30,390 nucleotides of DNA, taken from NCBI GenBank assembly GCA_034661055.1, contig JAYEKO010000079.1:1-30390 (forward strand). The letters run 5' to 3'. The notes under the pieces are model-generated. The model was not told the origin of the DNA. It saw nothing but the letters and a program-made list of their open reading frames with translations, and searched no databases. Source of the DNA: Campylobacterota bacterium (lineage in GTDB: Bacteria; Campylobacterota; Campylobacteria; Campylobacterales; Sulfurimonadaceae). This document shows, one piece after another, positions 9,746 through 19,438 of this stretch (its first letter is position 1; every line of letters starts with the position of its first letter). Both the position numbers and the translations under genes were made by a program.

Positions 9746-10729
9746 ATGTATATTGAAGAGTTGAAATTTTCGCTGTGGGCGGATTTTATTGAACGAGATT
9801 TTATTACAACAGGCTTGAGAGCATATATTAAAAATGGTGTAGTCAATGGAGCAACATCAAACCCAGCAATTTTCAAAAATGCAATTTTAACCTCACCTGC
9901 GTATAAAGAGCAGTTGGCAAGTTTGACACATTTAAGTGCCAAAGAGAAATATGAAGCGGTGGCAATTTACGATATTCAAGCTGCAGCAGATGAACTACTT
10001 GCCCTATTTGATGCTGGTGATAGTGGATATGTAAGTATAGAGGTAGATCCTTTTTTGTGTGATGATGCTGAAGCAACTATAGAAGAGGCAAAGCGACTCT
10101 ATGCTCAAATCAATCGTCCCAATGTTATGATTAAAGTTCCTGCTACTACAGCAGGTTATATTGCAATGGAAGAGCTAACTGCTTTGAATATTGCAGTAAA
10201 TGCAACACTAATCTTTAAAAAAGAGCAGGCTGTTTCATGTGCTGAGGCATTTAAAAGAGGAATGCAGAAGTCTGGGCAAGTAGTAGATACAGTAATTAGT
10301 ATTTTTGTCAGTAGAATTGACAGAGCTCTTGATGTAGAGTTAGGCAAGAATAACATATATACTGCAAAAGCAGGGATTTATAACGCGTCACAAATCTATG
10401 AAGCTATTGAAAGTAGAGCTATCCCCTCTTGTCGAGCACTTTTTGCAAGTACTGGGGTTAAAGGTGATGTACTTAACCCATCATATTATATTGAAGAAAT
10501 GTTGGCATTTAATAGCGTAAACACTGCACCTTTAGATGCTATTGATGCCTATATTAAGAGTAATACTAAAAGTAAAAAGCTCCCAATTGCAGCTACTGAT
10601 GTGCAGAGCTTATTTAGTGATATTGATAAACTTGGCATTGATTTTGATGCACAGCTACAGACTCAAATAGATGATGGTCTAGAAGCATTCAAAGATGCTT
10701 TTCAAGAGATTTTAGACGCACTACAATAA
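9746..10729 (+). CDS. tal: Transaldolase
   Basis: GATSNPAIF, VSIEVDP, NVMIKVPAT (Schiff-base Lys), VNATLIF, SIFVSRID, LFASTGVK. Confidence 0.96.
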   Translation: MYIEELKFSLWADFIERDFITTGLRAYIKNGVVNGATSNPAIFKNAILTSPAYKEQLASLTHLSAKEKYEAVAIYDIQAAADELLALFDAGDSGYVSIEVDPFLCDDAEATIEEAKRLYAQINRPNVMIKVPATTAGYIAMEELTALNIAVNATLIFKKEQAVSCAEAFKRGMQKSGQVVDTVISIFVSRIDRALDVELGKNNIYTAKAGIYNASQIYEAIESRAIPSCRALFASTGVKGDVLNPSYYIEEMLAFNSVNTAPLDAIDAYIKSNTKSKKLPIAATDVQSLFSDIDKLGIDFDAQLQTQIDDGLEAFKDAFQEILDALQ

Positions 10730-10745
10730 TATTAAAGGGGATAAG

Positions 10746-11960
10746 ATGCAGCACATAGATTTACATGTAGAAGACTTGACTTTTGAGACATTAAAGAAGG
10801 TTAGAGGTTATCTTAAACGTCTTGTAGATGCAGGTGGTAGTGATTTACATGTAAAAGCAAATGCTGTTATACGGGCACGTATTAATGGTGATATTGTGCC
10901 ACTTTCTGGAGAGGTGTTTTCTAAAAAAGATGCTTTAGTATTTGCAAAAGAGCTTCTTCGTGGTCGTTTTGAAGAGTTTGTTAATGCTAAAGAGCTGGAT
11001 TTAGTCTATCCTTTTGATGATAATACCCGTTTTCGTGTTAATATCTTTTTCCAGATGGAAGGAATCTCGGCAGTATTTCGTGTGATTCCTGTTCGTATTC
11101 TCTCAATAGATGAGTTAAAACTCCCTAATATTATTCATCAGTTTTCAGAACGAGAGCGTGGTTTAGTTTTGGTTACGGGAGTAACAGGTAGTGGTAAATC
11201 AACAACGCTAGCAGCTATTATTAATGAGATTAACTGGAAGCATCGTAAGCATATTATTACAGTTGAAGATCCAATTGAGTTTGTACATAAAGATAGAAAG
11301 TGTATTGTAAACCAACGTTCTGTCGGACAAGATACACAATCGTTTGGAACAGCGCTGCGTGCTGCTCTTCGTGAAGACCCTGATATTATATTAGTTGGGG
11401 AGATGCGTGACTTGGAGACGGTGGAAATTGCTCTTCATGCCGCAGATAGTGGACACCTTGTATTTTCAACTCTGCATACTCTTGATGCCAAAGAGACAAT
11501 AAATCGTATTATTGGTATGTTTCCTAAAGAGGAACAACAACGTGTTAGAATGACACTTTCAGCTGTATTAGCAGGTGTTATTTCACAACGTTTGATTCCT
11601 ACTATTGATAAAAAACGTATCGCAGCACTTGAAGTGATGCTTCATACTTCTTTTGTAGAACAGCTTATTGTTGAAAATAGAGACAGCGAGATCTTAGATG
11701 CTATTGAAGCAGGTAAGCAGATCCATGGGTCACAAAGTTTTGATCAGGGTATCTTAGATATTTACAACTCAGGTATTATCTCAAAAGAAGAGGCTTTTAA
11801 ATATGCTACATCAGCAAGTGACTTAAAGCTTAAAATGGATGGATTAGCTGCAGTGAATAAAGATGCCAATGTTCCTAAAGAGGATGATACTGTAGATGAA
11901 GGTGTTAGTAATGAAGAAGATGCATTTCATGAAGATGATATTTTTGCTCTAAAATCTTAG
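10746..11960 (+). CDS. pilT: PilT/PilU-family type IV pilus retraction-type ATPase
   Basis: SDLH, RFRVNIF, Walker A GVTGSGKST, Asp box TVEDPIE, Walker B DPDIILVGEMRD, His box GHLVFSTLH. Confidence 0.88.
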   Translation: MQHIDLHVEDLTFETLKKVRGYLKRLVDAGGSDLHVKANAVIRARINGDIVPLSGEVFSKKDALVFAKELLRGRFEEFVNAKELDLVYPFDDNTRFRVNIFFQMEGISAVFRVIPVRILSIDELKLPNIIHQFSERERGLVLVTGVTGSGKSTTLAAIINEINWKHRKHIITVEDPIEFVHKDRKCIVNQRSVGQDTQSFGTALRAALREDPDIILVGEMRDLETVEIALHAADSGHLVFSTLHTLDAKETINRIIGMFPKEEQQRVRMTLSAVLAGVISQRLIPTIDKKRIAALEVMLHTSFVEQLIVENRDSEILDAIEAGKQIHGSQSFDQGILDIYNSGIISKEEAFKYATSASDLKLKMDGLAAVNKDANVPKEDDTVDEGVSNEEDAFHEDDIFALKS

Positions 11961-12025
11961 TGATTTATCTAAATTTAACAATAAAACAGGTAAAATTTCG
12001 CTCATTTTATTAAAAGGATTTACCT

Positions 12026-12562
12026 ATGTTAGAAGGTATTATTAGAGAGAGTATTGACAAAAGTGCAACAAAAGCACTACGTCGTGATGGTTATCTGATT
12101 GCTAACATCTACGGAAAAGGGCTTGAAAATATCAATGCCGCATTCAAAATGAATGAATACATCCGTACTGTTCGTAAGAAAGAGACGTTAGCATTTCCAG
12201 TAACGGTTAACGGAGCTGAGATGAACCTTGTTGTTCAAGGGTATGAGTCTCATCCTGTTACAGGAAACCTTTTACATGTAGATTTAATGGTAGCACAGCC
12301 CGGTGTTGTAACGCACTACATGGTGCCTGTTACTACTGATGGTTTAGCAATTGGTATTAAGAACAAGGGTCTATTAAATGTAGCTAAAAAACGTTTACGA
12401 GTTAAAGCTGCTATTGAAAATATTCCAAATAGTATTATTGTCAATGTTACTGATCTTGATCTTGGTGACTCTGTGCTTATTCGTGATTTAGATACTATTA
12501 ATAGTGTAGCATTTACAGATGCTGACCGTGTATCTGTATTAAGTATTATTAAAGCGAAATAA
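12026..12562 (+). CDS. rplY: 50S ribosomal protein L25 / general stress protein Ctc
   Basis: LRRDGYLIANIYGKG and HPVTGNLLHVDL motifs; precedes pth; AAGGA RBS. Confidence 0.96.
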   Translation: MLEGIIRESIDKSATKALRRDGYLIANIYGKGLENINAAFKMNEYIRTVRKKETLAFPVTVNGAEMNLVVQGYESHPVTGNLLHVDLMVAQPGVVTHYMVPVTTDGLAIGIKNKGLLNVAKKRLRVKAAIENIPNSIIVNVTDLDLGDSVLIRDLDTINSVAFTDADRVSVLSIIKAK

Positions 12563-12564
12563 TC

Positions 12565-13122
12565 ATGCTTATTGTCGGTCTGGGAAATCCCGGACAGACA
12601 TATGAACATAACCGACACAATATCGGGTTTTTAGTTATTGATGAACTTATCTGTCGGTTTAATGCAACTGAAGTAAAAAAGTCTTTATTTCAAGGCGCTC
12701 TATTTAAATCTAACTCCCACTATTTTTTAAAACCAATAACTTATATGAATTTATCAGGCAACTCTATTGCAGCAGTCAAACAATTTTACAAGATAGATGA
12801 GGTAATTGTCATTCATGATGACTTAGATCTACTTTTTGGAGCACTCCGCTTTAAAAAAGGTGGTGGCCATGGTGGCCATAATGGTCTTAAATCTACCGAT
12901 GCTATGATATCAAAAGAGTATGTGCGTGTTAGAATGGGTATTGGAAAGCCAGAACATAAAGGCGAAGTGGCTTCTTATGTGTTGAGTGACTTTTCATCTC
13001 AAGAGAGGCCATATATTCATGAGTGGATTAATAGAGCAGCCTCTTCAGTAGAGATGCTACTAAAAGATAGAGTAGAAAATGTTGCGTCTAAGTATTCAGT
13101 CAAAAAAATTGAGATAGAATAA
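12565..13122 (+). CDS. pth: Peptidyl-tRNA hydrolase
   Basis: LIVGLGNPG, RHNIGF, KPITYMNLSG, HDDLD, GGHNGLKS. Confidence 0.97.
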   Translation: MLIVGLGNPGQTYEHNRHNIGFLVIDELICRFNATEVKKSLFQGALFKSNSHYFLKPITYMNLSGNSIAAVKQFYKIDEVIVIHDDLDLLFGALRFKKGGGHGGHNGLKSTDAMISKEYVRVRMGIGKPEHKGEVASYVLSDFSSQERPYIHEWINRAASSVEMLLKDRVENVASKYSVKKIEIE

Positions 13123-13145
13123 GAAAATTTTTATAGAGGAGCGTT

Positions 13146-14216
13146 ATGTTAGTCTTTAAGTATATCTCTCTTCATTATCTTAAATATTTTTTTGTCATTC
13201 TCACGGCATTGATATTTTTTAGTGTAGGTTTTGACTATGTTGGTGTCGCAAGTCAGCTTCCTGACTCTGCCAACTTAGTACTAATGTATGTTGTCTATAA
13301 AGTATTTTATAGCATAGATATGTTGCTGCCGTTAACACTGATTTTTGCAATGATTGCAACAAAAGTCTCTTTTATTCGAAATAATACCTTAGTAGGATTT
13401 TACTCTTTGGGCTACTCCAAAGTCGATATACTCAAGCCATTTGTGGCTGTTTCTACTCTTATAATCATAATTTTTATTGCACTGCACTCAACCTCTTTTG
13501 CTCGAGCTAATGAGATGGCCCGTACCATTAAAGCTAATGACTCACTTGTTTACACTACGACTGACCTTTTTTTTACTTATCAAGATAAGTACGTCTATTT
13601 TGCAGAGTTGTTTCCACTGCAAGAGCGTGCCAAAGACATTCGTATTTTTTCTGTAAAAGACTCTAAGCTTCAAAAAGTAGTTACTGCAGACGGTGCTCAT
13701 TACAAGGACGGCTTTTGGCATATTGACGATGCCCATATTATTACAAAGCCAACACAACTCACGTTAAATATGACAGAAGGGGTCTCTATTGAGGAGGGAG
13801 TTCAACTAAAACTCCTAAAAGATTTTAGACCAAAAATATTGGATCAAGTCTATGAGGGAAAAGTTGACTTTACAATTTTTGATGCTGTTGATGCCATTGT
13901 ACTTTTAAATAGTGAAAATATTAGTATCGAGAAGATAAAAAGTGCTCTGTATAAAATATTTATTTATCCATTTTTTGTACCATCATTGCTTATTGTAATT
14001 TTCTTTATTGTTCCAACAAGTACACGATCATTAAGCGTCTCACTATTTAGTTTTGGTGCGATACTAGCGACATTAATGACGTGGGTATTTCTATTTACCA
14101 TGATTGAATTTTCTAATAATAAAGTTATTAGTAGTGAAGTCGGCATTATTGCTCCTGTAGCTCTTTTGTGGTTGGTTGCTTATTTTATATGGAATAAAAA
14201 TAGAGCCTATCATTAG
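13146..14216 (+). CDS. LptF/LptG-family LPS export permease
   Basis: 3 TM + periplasmic beta-rich domain + 3 TM layout; position between pth and lysA matches Campylobacterota gene order. Confidence 0.85.
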   Translation: MLVFKYISLHYLKYFFVILTALIFFSVGFDYVGVASQLPDSANLVLMYVVYKVFYSIDMLLPLTLIFAMIATKVSFIRNNTLVGFYSLGYSKVDILKPFVAVSTLIIIIFIALHSTSFARANEMARTIKANDSLVYTTTDLFFTYQDKYVYFAELFPLQERAKDIRIFSVKDSKLQKVVTADGAHYKDGFWHIDDAHIITKPTQLTLNMTEGVSIEEGVQLKLLKDFRPKILDQVYEGKVDFTIFDAVDAIVLLNSENISIEKIKSALYKIFIYPFFVPSLLIVIFFIVPTSTRSLSVSLFSFGAILATLMTWVFLFTMIEFSNNKVISSEVGIIAPVALLWLVAYFIWNKNRAYH

Positions 14217-14235
14217 GGCACCTCTAAAAACCCTA
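14215..14235. repeat. 21-bp dispersed intergenic repeat, copy 2
   Basis: agggcacctctaaaaacccta is 19/21 identical to 9704-9724 and overlaps the TAG stop of the lptG-like gene. Confidence 0.6.
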
Positions 14236-14301
14236 GATAGAAGAGCCTTTAAAGGTAATTTTAGATATTATTGACCTAATAATTTTTATAAGGTTAGATA
14301 G

Positions 14302-15510
14302 TTGATTAATTTTACACAGTTGGCACAAAAGTATAGTACTCCGTTGTATGTTTATGATTTTGATATGATGAAAGCTCAATATGAGCAGCTAAAAACTGCA
14401 TTCAAAGGGCGTAAATCAATTTTGGCCTATGCTATTAAAGCTAACTCCAACCTAAGTGTCATTAAACATTTTGCAGATCTTGGTGCTGGGGCTGACTGTG
14501 TCTCAATTGGTGAAGTAAGACGGGCACTTTTGGCCGGTATTGCTCCTTATAAGATCATTTTTAGCGGTGTTGGTAAGTTAGATGCTGAAATAAGAGAAGC
14601 GATACAGAGTGATATTTTATATATCAATCTTGAGAGTAGCGCAGAGCTAGAGCGTGTCGAAATGATTGCAAAAGAGTTGGGTAAAGTGGCTCGTATTAGC
14701 ATACGAGTGAACCCAAACATAGATCCAAAAACACACCCGTATATATCTACTGGACTGCATGGAAACAAGTTTGGAGTTGATCTAAATAGTGCAAAACGAA
14801 TGTATATTTTAGCAAACAACTCAGAGTATCTTGATCCGGTAGGCGTTCACTTTCATATTGGCTCACAACTGACTGAATTAGAGCCTATACGTGAAGCAGC
14901 TATTATTGTTGCAGACTTGGTACGTTCTCTGCAGACCATTAAAATTAATCTCAAGTTTTTTGATGTCGGTGGTGGTTTGGGTATCTGCTATGATAATGAA
15001 GAGACCATAGAGCCTTACATGTATGCTCAAGCAATACTCTCTACTCTAACTGGCTTGGAGTTGACTGTAATTGGAGAGCCTGGGCGTTTCTTAACTGCTA
15101 ATGCAGGTTATTTTGTGACTAAAGTACTTTATGAAAAAACTAATGATGAGAAACGTTTTGTTGTTGTCGATGGAGCGATGAATGATCTCTTAAGGCCATC
15201 TCTTTATGGTGCTTACCATAAGATTACTACGGTTGATGTTGATGGTGATAGCTCTCCTACAGACATTGTAGGGCCAGTGTGTGAAAGTGGAGATTTCTTT
15301 GCTAAAGACTATGAGCTTCCAGTTATGAAGCATAATGACCTATTGGTTGTCCATAGTGCTGGGGCCTATGGTTTTGGTATGGGTAGTAATTACAACTCAA
15401 GAGGTCGTTCAGCTGAAGTAGCAGTAAGTGATGGAGGTGATCGTTTAATTCGAAAGCGTGAAACATTTGAAGACCTGATTGCATTAGAAACAGAGTATTT
15501 ACAAGCTTAA
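14302..15510 (+). CDS. lysA: Diaminopimelate decarboxylase
   Basis: TPLYVYD, YAIKAN (PLP Lys), HFHIGSQ, EPGRF, GPVCESGD, AGAYG, SNYNSR; TTG start. Confidence 0.96.
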   Translation: MINFTQLAQKYSTPLYVYDFDMMKAQYEQLKTAFKGRKSILAYAIKANSNLSVIKHFADLGAGADCVSIGEVRRALLAGIAPYKIIFSGVGKLDAEIREAIQSDILYINLESSAELERVEMIAKELGKVARISIRVNPNIDPKTHPYISTGLHGNKFGVDLNSAKRMYILANNSEYLDPVGVHFHIGSQLTELEPIREAAIIVADLVRSLQTIKINLKFFDVGGGLGICYDNEETIEPYMYAQAILSTLTGLELTVIGEPGRFLTANAGYFVTKVLYEKTNDEKRFVVVDGAMNDLLRPSLYGAYHKITTVDVDGDSSPTDIVGPVCESGDFFAKDYELPVMKHNDLLVVHSAGAYGFGMGSNYNSRGRSAEVAVSDGGDRLIRKRETFEDLIALETEYLQA

Positions 15511-15522
15511 GTAGGAGTGATT

Positions 15523-16599
15523 ATGAAAACTTTAGATGATTGTCGTAACGCTATTGACGCCATTGATACAAGAGTGCTTGAACTATTAAACGAGCGAATG
15601 GAAGTAGTTGAGCGTGTTGGTGAGATTAAAAACCAAGATGGTGGTGCTATTTATAGACCAGAACGTGAAAAAGCGATTATTGAACGTCTGGATAAATTAA
15701 GTGAAAAAGGTCTTCTAAATAAGTCAGCAATAGAAGCGATTTTTTTAGAGATATTTGCAGTTGCTCGAAATATTGAGCTACCTGAACGTATTGCATTCTT
15801 AGGACCAGAAGGTAGCTTTACACATCAAGCTGCAGAGTCTCGTTTTGGTGGAATGAGTGATTACCTATCACTAGGATCTATTCATGCGGTCTTTAAGACA
15901 CTCGAAGCTGGACGCGCTAAGTTTGGCGTGGTTCCTATTGAGACAAGTCGAGATGGTGTGGTAGGTGAGACGCTAGATCTGCTGGCCAAAAGTGACATAA
16001 AAATAGTTGCAGAACTCTATATGCCCATTCATATGTCATTTGCGACTAAAGCACGTCACCTTGAAGATGTTAAAGTCATCTATTCAAAAGATAAAGGCTT
16101 TGGTCAGTGTCGAGAATTTTTACAAGAATACGGGTTAGACAACATTGAACAAATTCCTGTTGAGTCAACGGCAAAAGCGGCTATTTTAGCAGAAAACGAT
16201 GATAATGCTGCTGCTATCTGTAGTCATATTGCTGCAAAGTTATATAACGTACCAACTATGTTTGAGAATGTAGAAGATATTCACAATAATACGACGCGAT
16301 TTATTATTCTGAGTGACTTTAAAAATGTACGTAGTGGTGAAGATAAGACAACACTATTAGTGCGACTAAAAGATGCTGAAGAGTCAGGTGCCTTGGCGCG
16401 TTTTTTACATGATTTTGATAAAGAAAATATTAACCTGAGTAAAATAGAGAGTCGTCCAGCACGTGATGGTGATATTTTTGCTTACTGGTTTTTTATTGAT
16501 TTTTTTGGACATATAGATGATAAGAACATTCAAAAAGTGTTAGAAAAACATACGGATGAAGTGACATGGCTAGGAAGCTATGTGAGAGGGGACCAATGA
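15523..16599 (+). CDS. pheA: Chorismate mutase / prephenate dehydratase (P-protein)
   Basis: N-terminal AroQ domain ([14 protein letters not shown]), [16 protein letters not shown] domain with [13 protein letters not shown] 15523 follows AGGAG. Confidence 0.95.
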   Translation: MKTLDDCRNAIDAIDTRVLELLNERMEVVERVGEIKNQDGGAIYRPEREKAIIERLDKLSEKGLLNKSAIEAIFLEIFAVARNIELPERIAFLGPEGSFTHQAAESRFGGMSDYLSLGSIHAVFKTLEAGRAKFGVVPIETSRDGVVGETLDLLAKSDIKIVAELYMPIHMSFATKARHLEDVKVIYSKDKGFGQCREFLQEYGLDNIEQIPVESTAKAAILAENDDNAAAICSHIAAKLYNVPTMFENVEDIHNNTTRFIILSDFKNVRSGEDKTTLLVRLKDAEESGALARFLHDFDKENINLSKIESRPARDGDIFAYWFFIDFFGHIDDKNIQKVLEKHTDEVTWLGSYVRGDQ

Positions 16600-17690
16600 A
16601 CTTTAATAATGTCTTAGAGAAAATTAAAACCTATGAAGCTGGAAAGCCTATTGAACTTGTAGTAAGAGAGTTTGGTATTGAGTCTTCGGCTATTGTAAAG
16701 TTGGCTTCCAATGAGAATCCAAATGGATGTTCGCCAAAGGTTAAAGATGCTGTTTCAAAAGTCATAGCAAATATGGCACTGTATCCTGACGATTCAATGT
16801 TTGCTTTAAAAGAGGCTCTTGCGGCTCGTTTTGATGTGAGTGAAAATGAGCTGATTATCGGTTCTGGAAGTGATCAGATAATTGAGTTTTTAATTCATGC
16901 TAAAGCCAATGCAGAGTCAAAAATTTTAATGAGCGCTGTTACTTTCGCCATGTATGAAATCTACGCTAAGCATGTAGGTGCTGAGGTTGTTCGTACTTCA
17001 AAATATGAGCATGACTTTGATGAGTTCTATGCAAAGTACTTAGAACATCGTCCTTCAGTTATTTTTATCTGTACTCCAAATAACCCAACAGGTGATGCAG
17101 TAGATAGAGACGCTCTATTTAAGTTTTTGCAGAAGATAGATAGTGATACTATGGTGGTAGTTGATGGTGCTTATATGGAGTATGCAGCCTATAAAGACAG
17201 CACAAAAGCAGTAGCACCAAAAGAGCTTATAGAGACATTTGAAAATGTTGTCTATTTGGGAACTTTTTCAAAAGCTTATGGTTTGGGTGGTATGCGTGTT
17301 GGTTATGGAATTGCATCTCAAAATATTATTAAAGCACTTTATAAATTACGTCCACCATTTAATATTACAACACTCTCTTTAGAAGCGGCAACATATGCCT
17401 TGCAAGATGTAGAGTTTGTGCAGAACTCTATTAAAGAGTGTTTTCATGAGATGAAACGCTATAAAGAGTTTGCACGCAACAATGGTATCGGTATTATAGA
17501 GAGTTATACTAACTTTGTAACACTATTGTTAAACGATAGTTATAATTCATCACAGTTATCATATGAACTCCTTAAAAAAGGTGTTATAATAAGAGACTTG
17601 AGTAGTTATGGTCTAAATGCCGTTCGTATTACAGTGGGTACTAGTGCACAAAATACGATTCTATTTAATCAGTTTAAAGCACTGTTATAA
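16596..17690 (+). CDS. hisC: Histidinol-phosphate aminotransferase
   Basis: [29 protein letters not shown]. Start moved to ATG 16596 (ATGA overlap with the pheA stop, GAGGGG RBS). Confidence 0.95.
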   Translation: MNFNNVLEKIKTYEAGKPIELVVREFGIESSAIVKLASNENPNGCSPKVKDAVSKVIANMALYPDDSMFALKEALAARFDVSENELIIGSGSDQIIEFLIHAKANAESKILMSAVTFAMYEIYAKHVGAEVVRTSKYEHDFDEFYAKYLEHRPSVIFICTPNNPTGDAVDRDALFKFLQKIDSDTMVVVDGAYMEYAAYKDSTKAVAPKELIETFENVVYLGTFSKAYGLGGMRVGYGIASQNIIKALYKLRPPFNITTLSLEAATYALQDVEFVQNSIKECFHEMKRYKEFARNNGIGIIESYTNFVTLLLNDSYNSSQLSYELLKKGVIIRDLSSYGLNAVRITVGTSAQNTILFNQFKALL

Positions 17691-17691
17691 T
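17683..17691 (+). promoter_or_regulatory. Putative sigma70 extended -10 (TGTTATAAT) for fliF-fliG-fliH-dxs
   Basis: Perfect TGnTATAAT overlapping the hisC stop, 16 nt before the fliF ATG. Confidence 0.55.
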
Positions 17692-17707
17692 TTACATGTA
17701 GGTTTGA

Positions 17708-19438
17708 ATGGATTTTAAAGTTCTCTTTTCTCAGTTAGTAGCACTTTACTCTAAGCTGACATCAGCGCAGAAAATGGTCATTGGTGGTGCAGTATCTAGT
17801 ATTGTCGCTTTTTTGATTTTTTTAGTTGTCTATACCTCTAAAGAGTCTTCAAGAAATGATTATCAGGTACTGTTTGATTCACTCTCCTCATCAGACGCAG
17901 CTAAAGTAGTTGAAAAACTAGAAAAAGACGGTATCACTTACAAAATCGTAAATGACAATGTTATTGAAGTTCCACGTGACGTTGTCTATAAGCAGCGTAT
18001 TGAAATTGCTTCAATGGGGATTCCTAAAGATAGCGGTGTTGGATTTGAGCTTTTTGATAAACAGGAGTTTGGTGCTACAAGTTTTGATCAAAGTGTTAAG
18101 TATTTAAGAGCTTTAGAGGGTGAATTGACCCGTACTATTAGCGCTCTCTCTCCTGTGGATAACTCTAGTGTTAATTTAGCAATTCCTAAAGAGAGTCTTT
18201 TTGTATCTAAGCAAGTTGATCCATCTGCTTCGGTAATGGTACAGCTCAATCCAAATAGAACACTTTCTCATAAACAGATTCGCGGTATTAAAAATCTTGT
18301 TGCAGCAGCTGTCTCAAAGCTAATACCTGAAAATGTGACGCTAATTAACTCTGATGGCGAGACTCTTGGTGATGAAGATGAGACAATGGTTATGAGTGAA
18401 TTATCTGGAATGCAACAGAAGTTCAAGTCGCTTGAGGAGAAGAAGAAAGAGGCTAAAATTGTCAATGTTTTAGCTCCATTTATTGGTGGCAAAGATCGGG
18501 TGGTTGCGAAGGTGACTATTGAGTTTGATTTTTCACAGCAGAGTTCAACCTCAGAGACATTTGATCCCGATAGTGTTGTTCGAAGTGAACAGGCACTAGA
18601 GGAGAAACGTGAAGGCTCTACTCCGGCTACAACAGGTGGCGTTCCAGGCGCGGTAAGCAATATTGGTCCGGTTCAAGGAATGGAATCGGGCAAAAGTCAA
18701 GATAAGTACACTAAAAACAGTAGTACAACAAATTATGAGATCTCAAAAACAGTTTCAACTATAAAAGGGCAGTTCTCTAAAATAAAGAGAATTACAGCTG
18801 CGGTGACTGTAGATGGAAAGTATCGAAATGTAAAAGATGCTGATGGAAATGTTTTAGATGATGTAGAATATGTAGCACTAGACGAGAGCCAGCTAAGTGC
18901 TATTAGTTCTTTGGTAAAACAGTCTATTGGTATTAATGAAGAGCGTGGCGATAAAATTGCAGTGCATAACTTACAATTTGAGTCTACTAAGTCTATGCTT
19001 AAGGGAGAAGACCCTGTCTCTAAAGCCTCTTCAATTGCTGATACCTATGTTATGCCATTCTTGCCACTACTTAAATACCTTTTAGTAGCTATCATTCTGT
19101 TTGTCGGTTATAGAAAAATTGTTATGCCTTTTGCACAGAGAATGCTCGAAGTTACCAAAGAGGAAGATATCTATGAGAAGCCACATTTAGATTTTGATGA
19201 TGAAGAGGATGAGGATTTAGTAGAAAAAGCACAACAGATGCGTAAAAAAGTGGAAGATCAACTTGGCGTTAATGAGAACTATAGCGAAGATGAGTTAAAA
19301 CATGATGTCTTACTTGAAAAAGTTAAAACGATTGTTGAAGAAAAACCGGAAGATTTAGCATCTATCTTCCATGCACTAATACAAGAAGAACTTAGTGGTG
19401 GAAATGAGATTGCTAGACCTCCTAAGGAGGATTCATGA
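17708..19438 (+). CDS. fliF: Flagellar MS-ring protein FliF
   Basis: Two TM segments; GFELFD, RALEGELTRTI, PSASV, VRSEQ, GGVPGAVSN motifs. Confidence 0.97.
   Translation: MDFKVLFSQLVALYSKLTSAQKMVIGGAVSSIVAFLIFLVVYTSKESSRNDYQVLFDSLSSSDAAKVVEKLEKDGITYKIVNDNVIEVPRDVVYKQRIEIASMGIPKDSGVGFELFDKQEFGATSFDQSVKYLRALEGELTRTISALSPVDNSSVNLAIPKESLFVSKQVDPSASVMVQLNPNRTLSHKQIRGIKNLVAAAVSKLIPENVTLINSDGETLGDEDETMVMSELSGMQQKFKSLEEKKKEAKIVNVLAPFIGGKDRVVAKVTIEFDFSQQSSTSETFDPDSVVRSEQALEEKREGSTPATTGGVPGAVSNIGPVQGMESGKSQDKYTKNSSTTNYEISKTVSTIKGQFSKIKRITAAVTVDGKYRNVKDADGNVLDDVEYVALDESQLSAISSLVKQSIGINEERGDKIAVHNLQFESTKSMLKGEDPVSKASSIADTYVMPFLPLLKYLLVAIILFVGYRKIVMPFAQRMLEVTKEEDIYEKPHLDFDDEEDEDLVEKAQQMRKKVEDQLGVNENYSEDELKHDVLLEKVKTIVEEKPEDLASIFHALIQEELSGGNEIARPPKEDS

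Noticed and set aside
12862..12879. Tandem ggtggccat x2 in pth
   Set aside because: It encodes the conserved GGHGGHNG motif.
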